Positions 18,698 through 29,505 of a stretch of 64,000 nucleotides of DNA are shown here, in pieces. The stretch comes from Bacillota bacterium (GTDB taxonomy: Bacteria; Bacillota; UBA5301). The notes under the pieces are model-generated. The model saw nothing but the letters and a program-made list of their open reading frames with translations. It had not been told where the DNA came from and made no database searches. The stretch spans positions 65,120 to 129,119 of the forward strand of contig JACDOJ010000002.1 in NCBI GenBank assembly GCA_017656135.1, in the 5' to 3' direction. A program made the position numbers and the translations under genes. Numbering within the stretch: position 1 is the first letter of the stretch; each line of letters begins with the position of its first letter.

Positions 18698-19656
18698 AGA
18701 ACAAGTATCTCTTTATTTTTCTGCTCGTAGTTGGCATCTTGATTGGCATTGCCCTACCCGGTGCCATTGACGGCCTGCGCCGGCACTTTTACGGTGCGGC
18801 CCCGGGGGTGCGGGTGGAAGGTTACGCCGTCGGCGGTCTCCTCCCAGAGGAGGTCATGACCGTTTTGGAAGAAGTGGCCAAGAAGGTGGAACGGCCTCCA
18901 GAGAACGCCTATTACGATCCGGACCAGGGCCGGGTGGTCCCAGAGGTGGTAGGCAAGAAATTGAATCGCCAAAAAACCCTGGAGTTGGTGATGGCCGCAG
19001 GCCAAAATGAGCAGGTTTCAGCTGTTCTGGAACCGGTACACCCTCAGGTGACCCACTCCTTCTTTCAGCCGGTCTTTCGCGGGGACTTAAGCCGAAAAGC
19101 CATGGCCTTGATGATCAATGTGGCCTGGGGCAATGAGTACATTCCCCAGATGCTGCGTATTCTAGAAGAGTACCAGGTTAAGGCCACCTTTTTCTTCATC
19201 GGCAGGTGGGTAGAGCGGTTTCCCAGCCTCTTTAACCAGATCGTCGAGGCCGGCCACGAGATTGCCAACCACGGCTACTACCACGGTGAAACCAACAAGA
19301 TGAGCGAAGCCGAGCTTACTCAGTTAATCCTGCAGGGCAAGGAGGCCCTGGAAAAGGCCGGAGCTCAGCCGGCCATGCTTTTTGCTCCGCCGGCAGGGGA
19401 ATACGACAACCGGCTGCTGAGGATAGCAGCCAGCTTAGGGTACAGAACCATTCTCTGGACCTTGGACACCGTGGACTGGAAACGCCCGGCGCCGGAGGTG
19501 ATTGTCGGTCGGGTTGTCCTCAAGGCCCAAAACGGGGCTCTGGTCTTGATGCATCCCACCGAGCCCACAGTGGCTGCCTTGCCCCGGATAATCCAGGGAT
19601 TAACCGAAAAGGGCTTCACTCTCACCACGGTTTCAGATCTGATTGGTGGGCCTTAG
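18694..19656 (+). CDS. polysaccharide deacetylase (NodB domain), second copy
   Basis: 'INVAWGNEY', 'HGYYHGE' and 'ILWTLDTVDW'. It is an overlapping tandem paralog of the upstream deacetylase. Confidence 0.75.
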   Translation: MKNKYLFIFLLVVGILIGIALPGAIDGLRRHFYGAAPGVRVEGYAVGGLLPEEVMTVLEEVAKKVERPPENAYYDPDQGRVVPEVVGKKLNRQKTLELVMAAGQNEQVSAVLEPVHPQVTHSFFQPVFRGDLSRKAMALMINVAWGNEYIPQMLRILEEYQVKATFFFIGRWVERFPSLFNQIVEAGHEIANHGYYHGETNKMSEAELTQLILQGKEALEKAGAQPAMLFAPPAGEYDNRLLRIAASLGYRTILWTLDTVDWKRPAPEVIVGRVVLKAQNGALVLMHPTEPTVAALPRIIQGLTEKGFTLTTVSDLIGGP

Positions 19657-21008
19657 TACAGGTGAGCTCCAATGACCTCCCAGGTCCTGGGGTCTTCCAG
19701 ACCTAGGCGCCAGAGGGCGATTCCTTTTAATCCGTACTTCTTGACCAGGTCCAGTTTGTACTCTAGGCTCCAACTGGATTCAAACCAGACCTCCCGGATC
19801 ATGCTGCCGGAGACATAGCTGAAGTAGGGCACCTTGTAGGTGGGATGCCACTTGGGCTGAATCCCGTTGTCCCTGGCAATTTTCATCGCTTGAGCGTAGC
19901 TCACCGAACGACCGGGGTTGCCGTTGGTGGGCCAGTCGTACCCGTAGGTAGGCACCCCGAGAATTATCTTTTCTCTGGGGATGGTGCTGATGGCGTATTT
20001 GACCACCTGTTCCACCCAATCGATCGCGGCCACCGGTCCCGGTCGGCCGGTCTTGTAGTGCTGGTCATAAGCCATGATCATCACCCAGTCTGCATACTCT
20101 CCAATGGCTTTATAGTCATAAGCACCCGACCAGCTGTTATTGCGGTCATCCCAGGTCTTGGCCGGAACCGAGATGGTCAAAAGGTACCCTTTGGGCCTGA
20201 GAGCCCAGGAGAGTTCCCGGACGAAGCTGGTGAGATAGTTACGGTCTGAAGGCTTCACCGCTTCGAGATCCAGGTTGACCCCGTCATAGCCGTACTTTTT
20301 CAGGATGTCCAAAATCTGGTTAATGGCCCTGGTCCGGTTTACCTCTTTGGAGAGCAGGTTGTGGGCCACTTGGGTATTAAACCAGTCACCACGGACATTA
20401 TGAACCAAAGCCAAGGTGGTCCTCCCGGCTTTTTTAGCCTGTTCCATGGCCTGCCAGTCGTTGTCACCAAAGATGTTTCCATAACTGTCTACGGTGAAAA
20501 GGAAAGGGGCAACGCCGGTAAGAGTGCTGCCGGCTTCAGCCATGGACCGAAGAGAAGAGTCATCCCCAGGGTAGCTGGTGGCATAATAGCCTATAGTTTG
20601 CAGGCCCGCGGGCACGTGCGGACTGATGATCCTGCCGGGTTCAGCAGGGGTGACCAACCAGTCTGCCACCCATCCGGTCAGATTATCTTGAAAACGCAGT
20701 TTCAGCCAGCCATTGGAGCCGTCTTCCACAGTGGCAGCCTGTCCCCTTTTGGCCTTAGTCAGGGCAGGATAGCTGGTTCCGGGGCCTGTGCGAATGTTGA
20801 CAACATCGCCGGATACCCGCACGTAATCCCCTACTTTGACGGTAACACCGGTGGATAATTCAAAGCGTCCCGAGGCAGAGTTGGCCGGAGCCGGTTCTTC
20901 CAGTCTGGGAACATCGGGCGCCTGAGCTTGGGATCCTCCGCCGAACCCAAAGAGGCTGGCGATATACAGGATTATGGTCAACAGAGAAATCAGCGAGCTC
21001 TGGAACAT
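19653..21008 (-). CDS. GH18-family spore peptidoglycan hydrolase with N-terminal SH3b domain (YaaH/YdhD-like)
   Basis: Catalytic 'DGVNLDLE' (DxDxE) motif, an SH3b-like segment 'VRVSGDVVNIRTGPGTSY...GWLKL' and a signal peptide. It is the only credible minus-strand gene in the window. Confidence 0.8.
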   Translation of the reverse strand: MFQSSLISLLTIILYIASLFGFGGGSQAQAPDVPRLEEPAPANSASGRFELSTGVTVKVGDYVRVSGDVVNIRTGPGTSYPALTKAKRGQAATVEDGSNGWLKLRFQDNLTGWVADWLVTPAEPGRIISPHVPAGLQTIGYYATSYPGDDSSLRSMAEAGSTLTGVAPFLFTVDSYGNIFGDNDWQAMEQAKKAGRTTLALVHNVRGDWFNTQVAHNLLSKEVNRTRAINQILDILKKYGYDGVNLDLEAVKPSDRNYLTSFVRELSWALRPKGYLLTISVPAKTWDDRNNSWSGAYDYKAIGEYADWVMIMAYDQHYKTGRPGPVAAIDWVEQVVKYAISTIPREKIILGVPTYGYDWPTNGNPGRSVSYAQAMKIARDNGIQPKWHPTYKVPYFSYVSGSMIREVWFESSWSLEYKLDLVKKYGLKGIALWRLGLEDPRTWEVIGAHLY

Positions 21009-21252
21009 CTACGGACTCCTTTTGTGATGAATTTTAATATCCGATGAAACCGGTAAAGCTAGTGTAGACGGGTCTTTGCGGCCTACTTTCGTTATTACAA
21101 GGTATTCTAGCTGCAAGAGCTGCTACCTTTAAGTAATATCCGCCTCCAATCCGTGGGATTGACTGTGTTGGCTCCCTAGCCTAAAAGGACCATCATTTGG
21201 TATAATCGTACAGGCAGGTTCACCGATGTTGGAATAGGAAGGGTTGAAGTGG

Positions 21253-22485
21253 ATGCAATACCAGCGCACTGTCCTAGACAACGGCATCAGGATTATCTCC
21301 GAAGAATTGAATCATGTCCGATCAGCATCAATCGGTTTTTGGTTCAGAACTGGCTCCCGAAACGAGCGGCCGGAACAGGCCGGGCTCTCTCATCTCATCG
21401 AACACCTAACCTTCAAGGGGACCGCAAAACGTTCAGCCAAAGACATTGCTGTGGCCTTTGATACCTTAGGCGGCCAGGTCAATGCTGTTACCAGCAAGGA
21501 GTATACTTGCTACTACGCTAAGATTTTAGATGAACACTTCGCCACGGCAGTGGAAGTCCTGGCAGACATGATCCTGAACTCCACCTACCAGGAGGACCTC
21601 CTGGAGCGGGAGAAAGGGGTGGTTCTGGAGGAGATCAAGATGTACGAGGATTCCCCAGATGAGTTGGTGCACGATCTCTTCAACGAGGCGGTCTTCGCCC
21701 ACCACCCTTTAGGGAGGCCCATTCTTGGGACGGAAGAGACCTTACGCAGTTTCAGCCAAGATGATATTTGGGAATACCGAAAAGCACGTTACACCCCTGA
21801 TAACTTAGTGGTAGCCGTTGCCGGCCATGTGGACCACGCTACGGTGGTGAAAGAGGTCGAGAGATACTTCGGTGGTTGGCAGGGGGAGAAAAAAGGTGAA
21901 CCGAAGGATATTCCTCCCTACCGTCCTTCCAATCTCAAGCGGACCAAAGACATCGAACAGGCCCACATCATCCTGGGAGTTCCGGGTTTGTCCCGGGTTG
22001 ACTCCCGAAAGTACGCTCTGTTTCTTTTGGACAACATCTTAGGCGGCGGGATGAGTTCTCGACTCTTCCAAGAACTGCGGGAGGAACGGGGGATGGTCTA
22101 CACCACCTACTCTTACCACGCGGCTTATTACGACTCCGGAGTTTTTGGCGTCTACGCTGGGACCAGCCCGGATAGGGTCGATGAAGTTAGGGCCATCGTA
22201 GAGGAGCAGTTTGCCGACATCGCGAATAATGGAGTTACCGAAGAAGAACTCAGCCGGTCCAAGGAGCAGTTGAAAGGTTCTCTTATGCTGGGTCTGGAGA
22301 ACACTTCCAGCCGGATGGGGCGGCTGGGAAAAGGCGAGCTTTTCGGCGAGACTATTAAAACCCCCAGTGAACTGGTAGAGATTGTCAACAAAATCACCGG
22401 TGAGGAAGTGGCGAAAGTGGCCAGGGAAGTTCTGGCCCAGGAGCTCTCCAGCGCCTTAGTCCTACCGGGGAAAGGGTCAGCTTAA
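21253..22485 (+). CDS. M16-family zinc peptidase (insulinase-like)
   Basis: Inverted zinc motif '[11 protein letters not shown]' (HxxEH) in a roughly 410 aa protein. Confidence 0.8.
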   Translation: MQYQRTVLDNGIRIISEELNHVRSASIGFWFRTGSRNERPEQAGLSHLIEHLTFKGTAKRSAKDIAVAFDTLGGQVNAVTSKEYTCYYAKILDEHFATAVEVLADMILNSTYQEDLLEREKGVVLEEIKMYEDSPDELVHDLFNEAVFAHHPLGRPILGTEETLRSFSQDDIWEYRKARYTPDNLVVAVAGHVDHATVVKEVERYFGGWQGEKKGEPKDIPPYRPSNLKRTKDIEQAHIILGVPGLSRVDSRKYALFLLDNILGGGMSSRLFQELREERGMVYTTYSYHAAYYDSGVFGVYAGTSPDRVDEVRAIVEEQFADIANNGVTEEELSRSKEQLKGSLMLGLENTSSRMGRLGKGELFGETIKTPSELVEIVNKITGEEVAKVAREVLAQELSSALVLPGKGSA

Positions 22486-22940
22486 TGGTGGAATTGGAAG
22501 TACAGGTTCAGGTGGAAGAGGGCTGCGAGGACCTGGGGCTCCCTCAATACATGAGCGAGTCAGCCAGCGGATTGGATTTAAAGGCTGCCGTAGAGGAAGA
22601 CGTGGTTTTGAAACCTGGCCAGTGGAGGTTGATCCCAACCGGCTTGCGTTTGGCCATTCCCCCGGGCTACGAAGGTCAGGTGAGACCCAGGAGCGGTTTG
22701 GCCCTCCGCCATGGGATCACCTGTCTAAACAGCCCTGGCACCATCGATGCTGATTACCGGGGCCCGCTGGGCGTGATTCTTATCAACCTGGGGGAAGAAG
22801 ACTTCGTGATCTCCCGGGGGGATCGCATTGCCCAGCTGGTTTTGACCCAGGTCGTCAAGGCCAAGCTGGTTCCGGTGCTCCGGTTAGAGGAGACCAAAAG
22901 GGGCGCAGGTGGCTTCGGACATACTGGAGTTTCCTCTTGA
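22485..22940 (+). CDS. dut: dUTP diphosphatase
   Basis: 151 aa with a 'RSGLAL' motif and a beta-rich dUTPase fold. Confidence 0.8.
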   Translation: MVELEVQVQVEEGCEDLGLPQYMSESASGLDLKAAVEEDVVLKPGQWRLIPTGLRLAIPPGYEGQVRPRSGLALRHGITCLNSPGTIDADYRGPLGVILINLGEEDFVISRGDRIAQLVLTQVVKAKLVPVLRLEETKRGAGGFGHTGVSS

Positions 22941-22997
22941 ACCCCTCTCGCCTGCTGTGTTATTATATTTACCCTGCAAAGGAGCGGCGGAGTCAAC

Positions 22998-23204
22998 ATG
23001 GATTTGGAGAAACGCTTGTCCCGGTTAAAGGGAGAGATCTTGGCTATCAAACGGAATTTGGATGTTCAAGGGGACCCGGAAGTTCCGGCGGCCGCAGCTG
23101 ACTCTGGGGCAGTCACGGTCAGCTACAAACTGGACCAATTGATTTCTGAGTATTTACGGCTTAAAGAAAAGATCGATTCCCTGAAGGAGCAGGGTCGTCT
23201 ATAA
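22998..23204 (+). CDS. small coiled-coil hypothetical protein
   Basis: 68 aa with a heptad-like 'LSRLKGEILAIKRNL...LISEYLRLKEKIDSLKE'. No family was recognised. Confidence 0.35.
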   Translation: MDLEKRLSRLKGEILAIKRNLDVQGDPEVPAAAADSGAVTVSYKLDQLISEYLRLKEKIDSLKEQGRL

Positions 23205-23287
23205 AAAAAGATACAGGCTGCATAAATAAGCCTCCTGCGGGAAGAGTAGGAAGTGTGATTCACTTTTTCCTAAAAGGAGGTTGTTTT

Positions 23288-23761
23288 ATGCCTACAGTAG
23301 TCGGAACGTTTTCCAGTACTAATGATGCTGAACAGGCGGTAGGAGCTCTGAAAGAGCAAGGATTTGACGAAAAGGAGATCTCCTTAGTGGCCAAGGACGA
23401 GGGCCGCGAAGAAGAGAATGAAGGCCTGACTATGGGCCAAGATCTCACCGGCGGCACTGCCACCGGAGGAGCCCTTGGCGGTCTGGCCGGACTCTTGGCC
23501 GGAGCCGGAGCTTTGGCTATTCCGGGAATCGGTCCCATCGTCGCCGCCGGTCCCATTGCTGCCGGGCTCAGTGGAGCAGTAGTAGGCGGTATCGCCGGCG
23601 GCTTGGTTGACTTGGGCATTCCCCAGGAACGAGGCGAGTACTACGAGGAACAAGTGCAAAAGGGCAATATCCTGGTGGCCCTGAAGGCTGAGGATGACCA
23701 AGTGGACCAAGCAGCTAATATCCTCAGGGACTACGGTGCTAAAGACGTCGAGAGTCATTAA
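23288..23761 (+). CDS. general stress protein 17M / YflT-like glycine-rich protein
   Basis: 'VVGTFSSTNDAEQAVGALKEQGFDEKEISLVAKD' plus a Gly/Ala-rich membrane-like core. An RBS of 'aaggagg' precedes the ATG. Confidence 0.6.
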   Translation: MPTVVGTFSSTNDAEQAVGALKEQGFDEKEISLVAKDEGREEENEGLTMGQDLTGGTATGGALGGLAGLLAGAGALAIPGIGPIVAAGPIAAGLSGAVVGGIAGGLVDLGIPQERGEYYEEQVQKGNILVALKAEDDQVDQAANILRDYGAKDVESH

Positions 23762-23901
23762 CCTGATTTAGCGGTCTGATTTTCCGCGGGGCTCTTTGTG
23801 GGCCCCTTTTTGCTGCTTCTTAAGAGAGGATTGACCTTCAGTAAAGAGAATGGTTTACACAGGAATCTTTTCCAGTCTGCCAGAGGAAAGGATGTACGTG
23901 C

Positions 23902-24726
23902 ATGGAAAACCGGATCAAAGTTCTCGTCATAGGTGCCCTCGGCAAAATGGGCAGTGAAGTGGTGCGTACCATCGCTCGCCAACCAGATATGCAGCTGGTG
24001 GGGGCCGTCGGCCGGTCCCATCACGGAGAGGACGTGGGTAAGCTGGTTTTGGGGGAGGAAAACGGGATTGAGATAGACACTGACCTAGAGCGGGCTATAG
24101 CCCAGTCAGAGCCCGATGTGGCTGTGGATTTCACCAGGCCGGAGGGGCTTTTCGCCAGGATCCAGACTCTCTGCCAGGCTGGTGTTTCGCCGGTGGTGGG
24201 AACTACTGGCCTCAGCCAGGCGGAGATTTCTGACCTGAAGGACCTTTGCCAACGCCTGAATATCGGTGCTTTGGTGGCCCCTAATTTTGCCATCGGGGCT
24301 CTGCTTATGATGCGCTTCGCCAAAGAAGCAGCCCGGTTTTTCCCGGCGGTGGAGATCATCGAGTTGCACCATCCCAATAAAGTGGACGCTCCTTCCGGGA
24401 CGGCCATCAAAACCGCGGAAATGATCGTCAATACTAAGCGGCGCGAGGATACTTTCCCCTCCTCCCACGAGTCAGTTCAGGGGGTCCGCGGCGGAGAACT
24501 GGGAGGCATTAGAATTCACAGTGTGCGTCTGCCTGGCCTTGTGGCTCACCAGGAAGTTATCTTCGGCGGTTCGGGTCAGGTCTTGACTATTCGGCACGAT
24601 TCTATGAACCGAGAGTCATTTATGCCGGGGGTGATGTTGGCCATCAGAAAGATTAGGGGGATAAAGGGGCTGGTCTACGGGTTGGAACCACTCCTTGAGC
24701 ACCAGGACACGGCAGAAGGCATATAA
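23902..24726 (+). CDS. dapB: 4-hydroxy-tetrahydrodipicolinate reductase
   Basis: Rossmann 'VIGALGKMG' and 'ELHHPNKVDAPSGTA'. Confidence 0.85.
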   Translation: MENRIKVLVIGALGKMGSEVVRTIARQPDMQLVGAVGRSHHGEDVGKLVLGEENGIEIDTDLERAIAQSEPDVAVDFTRPEGLFARIQTLCQAGVSPVVGTTGLSQAEISDLKDLCQRLNIGALVAPNFAIGALLMMRFAKEAARFFPAVEIIELHHPNKVDAPSGTAIKTAEMIVNTKRREDTFPSSHESVQGVRGGELGGIRIHSVRLPGLVAHQEVIFGGSGQVLTIRHDSMNRESFMPGVMLAIRKIRGIKGLVYGLEPLLEHQDTAEGI

Positions 24727-24761
24727 TTAGATAAAGTCGTGGAACGATTGGTGTGAGGATA

Positions 24762-25643
24762 ATGTCTAAACCACTAGCAGGGAGAAAAGTAGCCTTTTTA
24801 GGGGGCGGACTGCGCGAGGTAGAGCTGGCCAAAGCCCTCCAGGACGACGGGGCCGAGGTCCGGGTATCCAGCTTCCAGGCGGCAGGCCAGATTCGCCTGC
24901 CTATGCAGGAGCCCAAGGTGGCTCTCTCTGGGGCCGATGCCCTCATTCTACCGGTCAGCGGAGTGACTGCAGAAGGAATGATCAAAGAGGCCGGCGGTGA
25001 GGAAGGGGTTTATATCATCCCGGAGCTCTTGGCCCTCCTTAAGCCAGGGGCCCCGGTTGTGGTGGGCAAGACCAATCCCTATCTTAGCGAGGCCTTGGAA
25101 AAGGCAGGCTGTAACCTCATTGAACTGGTGGAAGATGATGAGTTTGCGGTACTGAACGCCATTCCCACTGCTGAAGGGGCTTTGGTAGTCGCTATTGAGT
25201 CTTCGGGTATCACCCTCGCCGGCAGCAAGTGTTTTGTCTTAGGTTTCGGCCGGTGTGGGAGAGCCATCTCACGCCGGCTTTTAGGTCTTGGTGCTGAGGT
25301 CCATGTCCTGGAGCGTTCAGGTGTGGGCAGAGCGTTAGCTACCGAGATGGGTGTTAAGGTCCACCCCTTTACAGATATCAAGAAGGAACTGCCCGAGGCC
25401 GACTTCATCTTCAACACCGTTCCCTGTTTAGTCCTAACTACAGATGTTTTAGAGATCCTGAAGAAAGAGGTTTTGATTGTTGATATTGCCTCCGCTCCTG
25501 GGGGAGTGGATTTTGCCGCCGCCAAATCCCTGGGAATTCAAGCGGTATTGGCTCTGGGCCTGCCTGGAAAATACGCACCTAAGACTGCAGGACAGATTTT
25601 AGCCAGAATCGTTCCGCGAAAAATTGCCGAATTTTTCAGGTGA
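24762..25643 (+). CDS. dpaA: dipicolinate synthase subunit A
   Basis: Located directly between dapB and dpaB, as spoVFA is in B. subtilis. It has a Rossmann-like domain 'VLGFGRCG'. Confidence 0.75.
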   Translation: MSKPLAGRKVAFLGGGLREVELAKALQDDGAEVRVSSFQAAGQIRLPMQEPKVALSGADALILPVSGVTAEGMIKEAGGEEGVYIIPELLALLKPGAPVVVGKTNPYLSEALEKAGCNLIELVEDDEFAVLNAIPTAEGALVVAIESSGITLAGSKCFVLGFGRCGRAISRRLLGLGAEVHVLERSGVGRALATEMGVKVHPFTDIKKELPEADFIFNTVPCLVLTTDVLEILKKEVLIVDIASAPGGVDFAAAKSLGIQAVLALGLPGKYAPKTAGQILARIVPRKIAEFFR

Positions 25644-25661
25644 TTGCGGGAGGTTTCCAGG

Positions 25662-26246
25662 ATGGATCTTGCAGGAGTTAAGATCGGCTTTGCCCTGACC
25701 GGTTCGTTTTGTACCTTTGGTCGGGTTTTCCCTCAAATTGAAAGGTTATTGGAGTTGGATGCCGAAATAATCCCTATTGTATCCAAGGTTGTTAGGGAGA
25801 CGGACACACGCTTTGGGCCGGCTTCCTGCTGGCTGGATCGGCTGCAGAGTTTGACCGGAAGAGCCGTCCTGAGTGAAATCACGGAAGTTGAGCCTTTTGG
25901 CCCCCAGAAACAGCTGGATGTCTTGGTTGTTGCCCCCTGCACGGGCAATACCCTAGCCAAGCTGGCCAATGGAATTGTGGATGAGACCGTGCCTTTTGCC
26001 GTCAAAGCCCACCTGCGTAACGAGCGCCCGGTGGTGTTGGCCGTCTCCACCAATGACGGTTTGGCCGGAAACGCAAAGAATATTGGGTCTCTGCTTAACA
26101 TAAAGAACGTATACATGGTGCCTTTTGGCCAGGACGCTCCGGAAAGCAAGCACAATTCCCTGGTGGCGAAGATGGAGCTGATTCCGGAGACCGTGGCCGA
26201 GGCCTTAGATGGCAGGCAGATCCAACCAGTCATCATCGCATATTGA
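25662..26246 (+). CDS. dpaB: dipicolinate synthase subunit B (flavoprotein)
   Basis: 'KIGFALTGSFCTF' is the flavoprotein-family N-terminus. Confidence 0.75.
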   Translation: MDLAGVKIGFALTGSFCTFGRVFPQIERLLELDAEIIPIVSKVVRETDTRFGPASCWLDRLQSLTGRAVLSEITEVEPFGPQKQLDVLVVAPCTGNTLAKLANGIVDETVPFAVKAHLRNERPVVLAVSTNDGLAGNAKNIGSLLNIKNVYMVPFGQDAPESKHNSLVAKMELIPETVAEALDGRQIQPVIIAY

Positions 26247-26268
26247 TTTCCAGGAAAAGGGGATGTTC

Positions 26269-27309
26269 ATGGGTTATAAGGTAGCGATTGTCGGGGCAAC
26301 CGGCGCCGTTGGAGAGGAATTATTGAAAATTTTGGAACAGCGGTCTTTTCCCATCTCTGAACTTAGGCTCTTGGCCTCAGCCCGGTCGGTCGGAAAGAGG
26401 CTGGAGTTCGCGGGTGAGGAGCTTGAAGTCGAGGAAGCCAGGCCTGAGAGTTTCGCCGGTATCGATATCGCCTTCTTCAGCGCCGGCGGCTCCGTCAGCG
26501 CCAAGCTGGCTCCGGAGGCTGTCAAAAGAGGAACCGTTGTCATCGACAACACGAGCCACTTTCGGTTGGACCCCGATGTTCCTCTGGTGGTTCCCCAGAT
26601 CAACTCCGATGATTTAGAGGGCCACCGGGGTATCATCGCCAACCCTAATTGTTCAACGATCATTATTGATTTGGTACTGGCCCCGATCCTTAAGAAAGCC
26701 GGAATCAAGCGGGTAGTGCTCGCTACCTACCAGGCGGTGTCAGGAGCAGGGGCAAAAGCCATGGCGGAATTGGACCGCCAGGTCAAAGATTATGTGGCCG
26801 GCAGAACTAGTGAGCCTCAGGTGCTGCCCTTTGCCTCGGCAGAAAAGCACTATCCCATTGCTTTCAATCTGATTCCTCAAATCGACGTCTTCCGGGAAGA
26901 CGACTACACCAAAGAAGAGTGGAAGATGGTCAAAGAAACCCGGAAGGTGCTGCACCAACCTGACCTTAGGATAACCGCTACTGCCGTGCGGGTCCCTGTT
27001 TTTAGGTGCCACTCTATCGCTGCCAATGTGGAGACCGTGGAAAGCCTGGAAGTGGCCGAGTTGAAGGAACTTCTGGCTTCAGCTCCCGGTGTGACAGTCA
27101 TGGATGATCCTGCCCGGCAGGTTTACCCCATGCCGACGGAACTCAGCGGCCGAGACGATGTCTACGTGGGCCGGATCCGCAAGGACAATTCCACGGAAAA
27201 CGGGTTTAACCTCTGGGTTGTGGGGGACCAGATTCGCAAGGGCGCGGCGCTCAATGCTGTGGAGATCGGAGAGGAGCTGGACCGCAGGGGTCTGGTTCGC
27301 GTCGGCTGA
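26269..27309 (+). CDS. asd: aspartate-semialdehyde dehydrogenase
   Basis: 'VAIVGATGAVG' and active-site 'NPNCSTI'. Confidence 0.9.
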   Translation: MGYKVAIVGATGAVGEELLKILEQRSFPISELRLLASARSVGKRLEFAGEELEVEEARPESFAGIDIAFFSAGGSVSAKLAPEAVKRGTVVIDNTSHFRLDPDVPLVVPQINSDDLEGHRGIIANPNCSTIIIDLVLAPILKKAGIKRVVLATYQAVSGAGAKAMAELDRQVKDYVAGRTSEPQVLPFASAEKHYPIAFNLIPQIDVFREDDYTKEEWKMVKETRKVLHQPDLRITATAVRVPVFRCHSIAANVETVESLEVAELKELLASAPGVTVMDDPARQVYPMPTELSGRDDVYVGRIRKDNSTENGFNLWVVGDQIRKGAALNAVEIGEELDRRGLVRVG

Positions 27310-27315
27310 AACTGA

Positions 27316-28563
27316 GTGAGGTTTCAGAAATTGGAAATAATTATTCAGAAATTTGGTGGTACGTCTCTCAGGACTCCTGAGGAGAGGAAAAAGGCTGTTC
27401 AGATTGTAACCGCAACTCGAAATACCGGATACAGTGTGGTCGTGGTGGTGTCGGCCATTGGCCGCAGCGGGGACCCCTACGCCACCGATACCTTGTTGGA
27501 AATGTTCGCAGAAGGGAGTAAAACAGGCGGCCGGGGAGCCTCCCCTCGGGAGACAGACCTTTTGCTCTCCTGCGGTGAGATTATCTCGGCGACGCTCTTT
27601 GCCGGTCTGTTACAGGCCAGCGGACTTTCGGCTCAGGCCTTAACCGGTGCTCAAGCCGGAATCATCACCGATGACAATTTCGGTAATGCCCACATCATCA
27701 GAATAGTACCAGATCGGGTCTTACAGGCCTTAGAACAAGGTCAAGTGGTTGTGGTGGCCGGTTTTCAGGGGCGCACTGATTCCGGAGAGATCACCACTTT
27801 AGGCCGGGGCGGTAGCGACACCACCGCTGTTGCCTTGGGGGCAGCTCTGAAAGCCAAGCGAGTGGAGATCTTCACCGATGTCTCCGGGATCATGACCGCA
27901 GATCCTAGAATATCCCGGGAGGCCAAACTGCTCAAACGAGTTACCTATCAGGAGGTCGTGGAGTTGGCTCACCTAGGGGCCAAGGTCATTCACCCCCGGG
28001 CGGTGGAGCTGGCCATGGCCGCTGGGCTTGAGCTCTGGATCAAGGGTTTCAATGACGACTCTGAAGGCACTTTGGTCGCAGGCAGCCCTGAACGGGGCGT
28101 GGAGATCCACGGAGACAAGGTGATAACCGGCATTGCCCATATATCCGGTGTGGCTCAGGTGCGGGTGAACTTAAACCCAGAGACGCCCGCTCCCCGCCAG
28201 CATGTGGAGATATTCTCAATTATGGCTAGGCATGATATAAGTGTAGATATCATCAATGTCTTTCCGGATTTAGTGGTCTTCACGGTTCAGGAAAAGGATT
28301 TGGAGACTGCCGATACAGCCTTACGGGAGGCAGGTTACTCCCCTGAATCCCGGGGCGGTTTTGCCAAGGTTTCAGCTGTTGGAGCCGGGATGCGGGGAGT
28401 ACCTGGGGTAATGGCGCGCATCGCTAAGGCCTTGACTGAGGCCGGGGTGGAGATCTTCCAGTCCGTGGACTCTCACGCCAATATCTCCTGTTTGGTGCGG
28501 GAAGATCAGTTAGAAGCAGCTATTCGGGCGCTGCATAAAGAGTTTGCTTTAGCGGGCGATTGA
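27316..28563 (+). CDS. dapG: aspartate kinase
   Basis: 'IQKFGGTSL' and C-terminal ACT domains. The start codon is uncertain (GTG or TTG). Confidence 0.85.
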   Translation: MRFQKLEIIIQKFGGTSLRTPEERKKAVQIVTATRNTGYSVVVVVSAIGRSGDPYATDTLLEMFAEGSKTGGRGASPRETDLLLSCGEIISATLFAGLLQASGLSAQALTGAQAGIITDDNFGNAHIIRIVPDRVLQALEQGQVVVVAGFQGRTDSGEITTLGRGGSDTTAVALGAALKAKRVEIFTDVSGIMTADPRISREAKLLKRVTYQEVVELAHLGAKVIHPRAVELAMAAGLELWIKGFNDDSEGTLVAGSPERGVEIHGDKVITGIAHISGVAQVRVNLNPETPAPRQHVEIFSIMARHDISVDIINVFPDLVVFTVQEKDLETADTALREAGYSPESRGGFAKVSAVGAGMRGVPGVMARIAKALTEAGVEIFQSVDSHANISCLVREDQLEAAIRALHKEFALAGD

Positions 28564-28592
28564 TTTGCCTGATTTTTGGGGAGGTCGTTAAG

Positions 28593-29477
28593 ATGAATGA
28601 TTTGGGCGTTGTATTGACAGCCATGGTGACGCCGTTCAAGGAGGATGGGAGAGTCAATTACGAGGTCGCGGCTAACTTAGCCCAAGAGCTGGTAGCCAAT
28701 GGCAGTGATGGCTTGGTGGTTTCCGGCACCACTGGGGAGTCCCCGACCCTCACTGAGGAAGAGAAGCTCAAGCTGTTCTCGGCGGTTGTGGAAGCTGTAG
28801 GCGGCAAGGCCACGGTCATCGCCGGTACCGGTTCCTACTCCACCAAAGAGAGCGTCAAACTCACCACCTTGAGCGAGAAGACCGGGGTAGACGGGGTGAT
28901 GTGCGTCAGCCCCTACTATAACAAGCCCACTCAGGAGGGGCTCTACCGACACTTCAAGGCGATAGCCGAGAGCACCACCCTCCCGGTGATCATTTACAAT
29001 GTTCCCGGTCGTACCGGGGTTAACGTGGAACCTGACACGGTGATACGCCTGGCCAGGGATGTAAGCAACGTGGTTGCGGTTAAAGAAGCCAGCGGAAACC
29101 TGGATCAGGTGGCCAAGATTCGCCGGGAGGCACCGTCTTCCTTCCTCATCTACAGCGGGGAAGACCACTTGACCCTGCCGATTCTGGCCGTCGGCGGTCA
29201 CGGTGTCATCAGCGTTGCTTCTCACTTGGTGGGTTCGGAAATCAAGGAAATGTGCACTGCTTATGCCCGGGGAGACGTGAAGCGGGCTCAAGATATCCAT
29301 CTGCGTCTTTGGCCTTTGTTCAAAGCTCTCTTCGTTCGGACCAACCCAATTCCGGTGAAGATGGCTTTGAAGATGCTCGGATTTGAGGTGGGTGGTTTCC
29401 GCTTGCCCCTTTGTGAAGTCAGTGAGGCCGAAATTGCGCCAGTCAAAGCGGAGCTGAAGTCATTGGGTTTGCTATAA
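28593..29477 (+). CDS. dapA: 4-hydroxy-tetrahydrodipicolinate synthase
   Basis: 'VVSGTTGESPTLT' and 'VIIYNVPGRTG', with the Schiff-base lysine region 'VAVKEASG'. Confidence 0.9.
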   Translation: MNDLGVVLTAMVTPFKEDGRVNYEVAANLAQELVANGSDGLVVSGTTGESPTLTEEEKLKLFSAVVEAVGGKATVIAGTGSYSTKESVKLTTLSEKTGVDGVMCVSPYYNKPTQEGLYRHFKAIAESTTLPVIIYNVPGRTGVNVEPDTVIRLARDVSNVVAVKEASGNLDQVAKIRREAPSSFLIYSGEDHLTLPILAVGGHGVISVASHLVGSEIKEMCTAYARGDVKRAQDIHLRLWPLFKALFVRTNPIPVKMALKMLGFEVGGFRLPLCEVSEAEIAPVKAELKSLGLL

Positions 29478-29505
29478 ACACTGTTCTTTTAGGAGGTAAT
29501 AGTGA

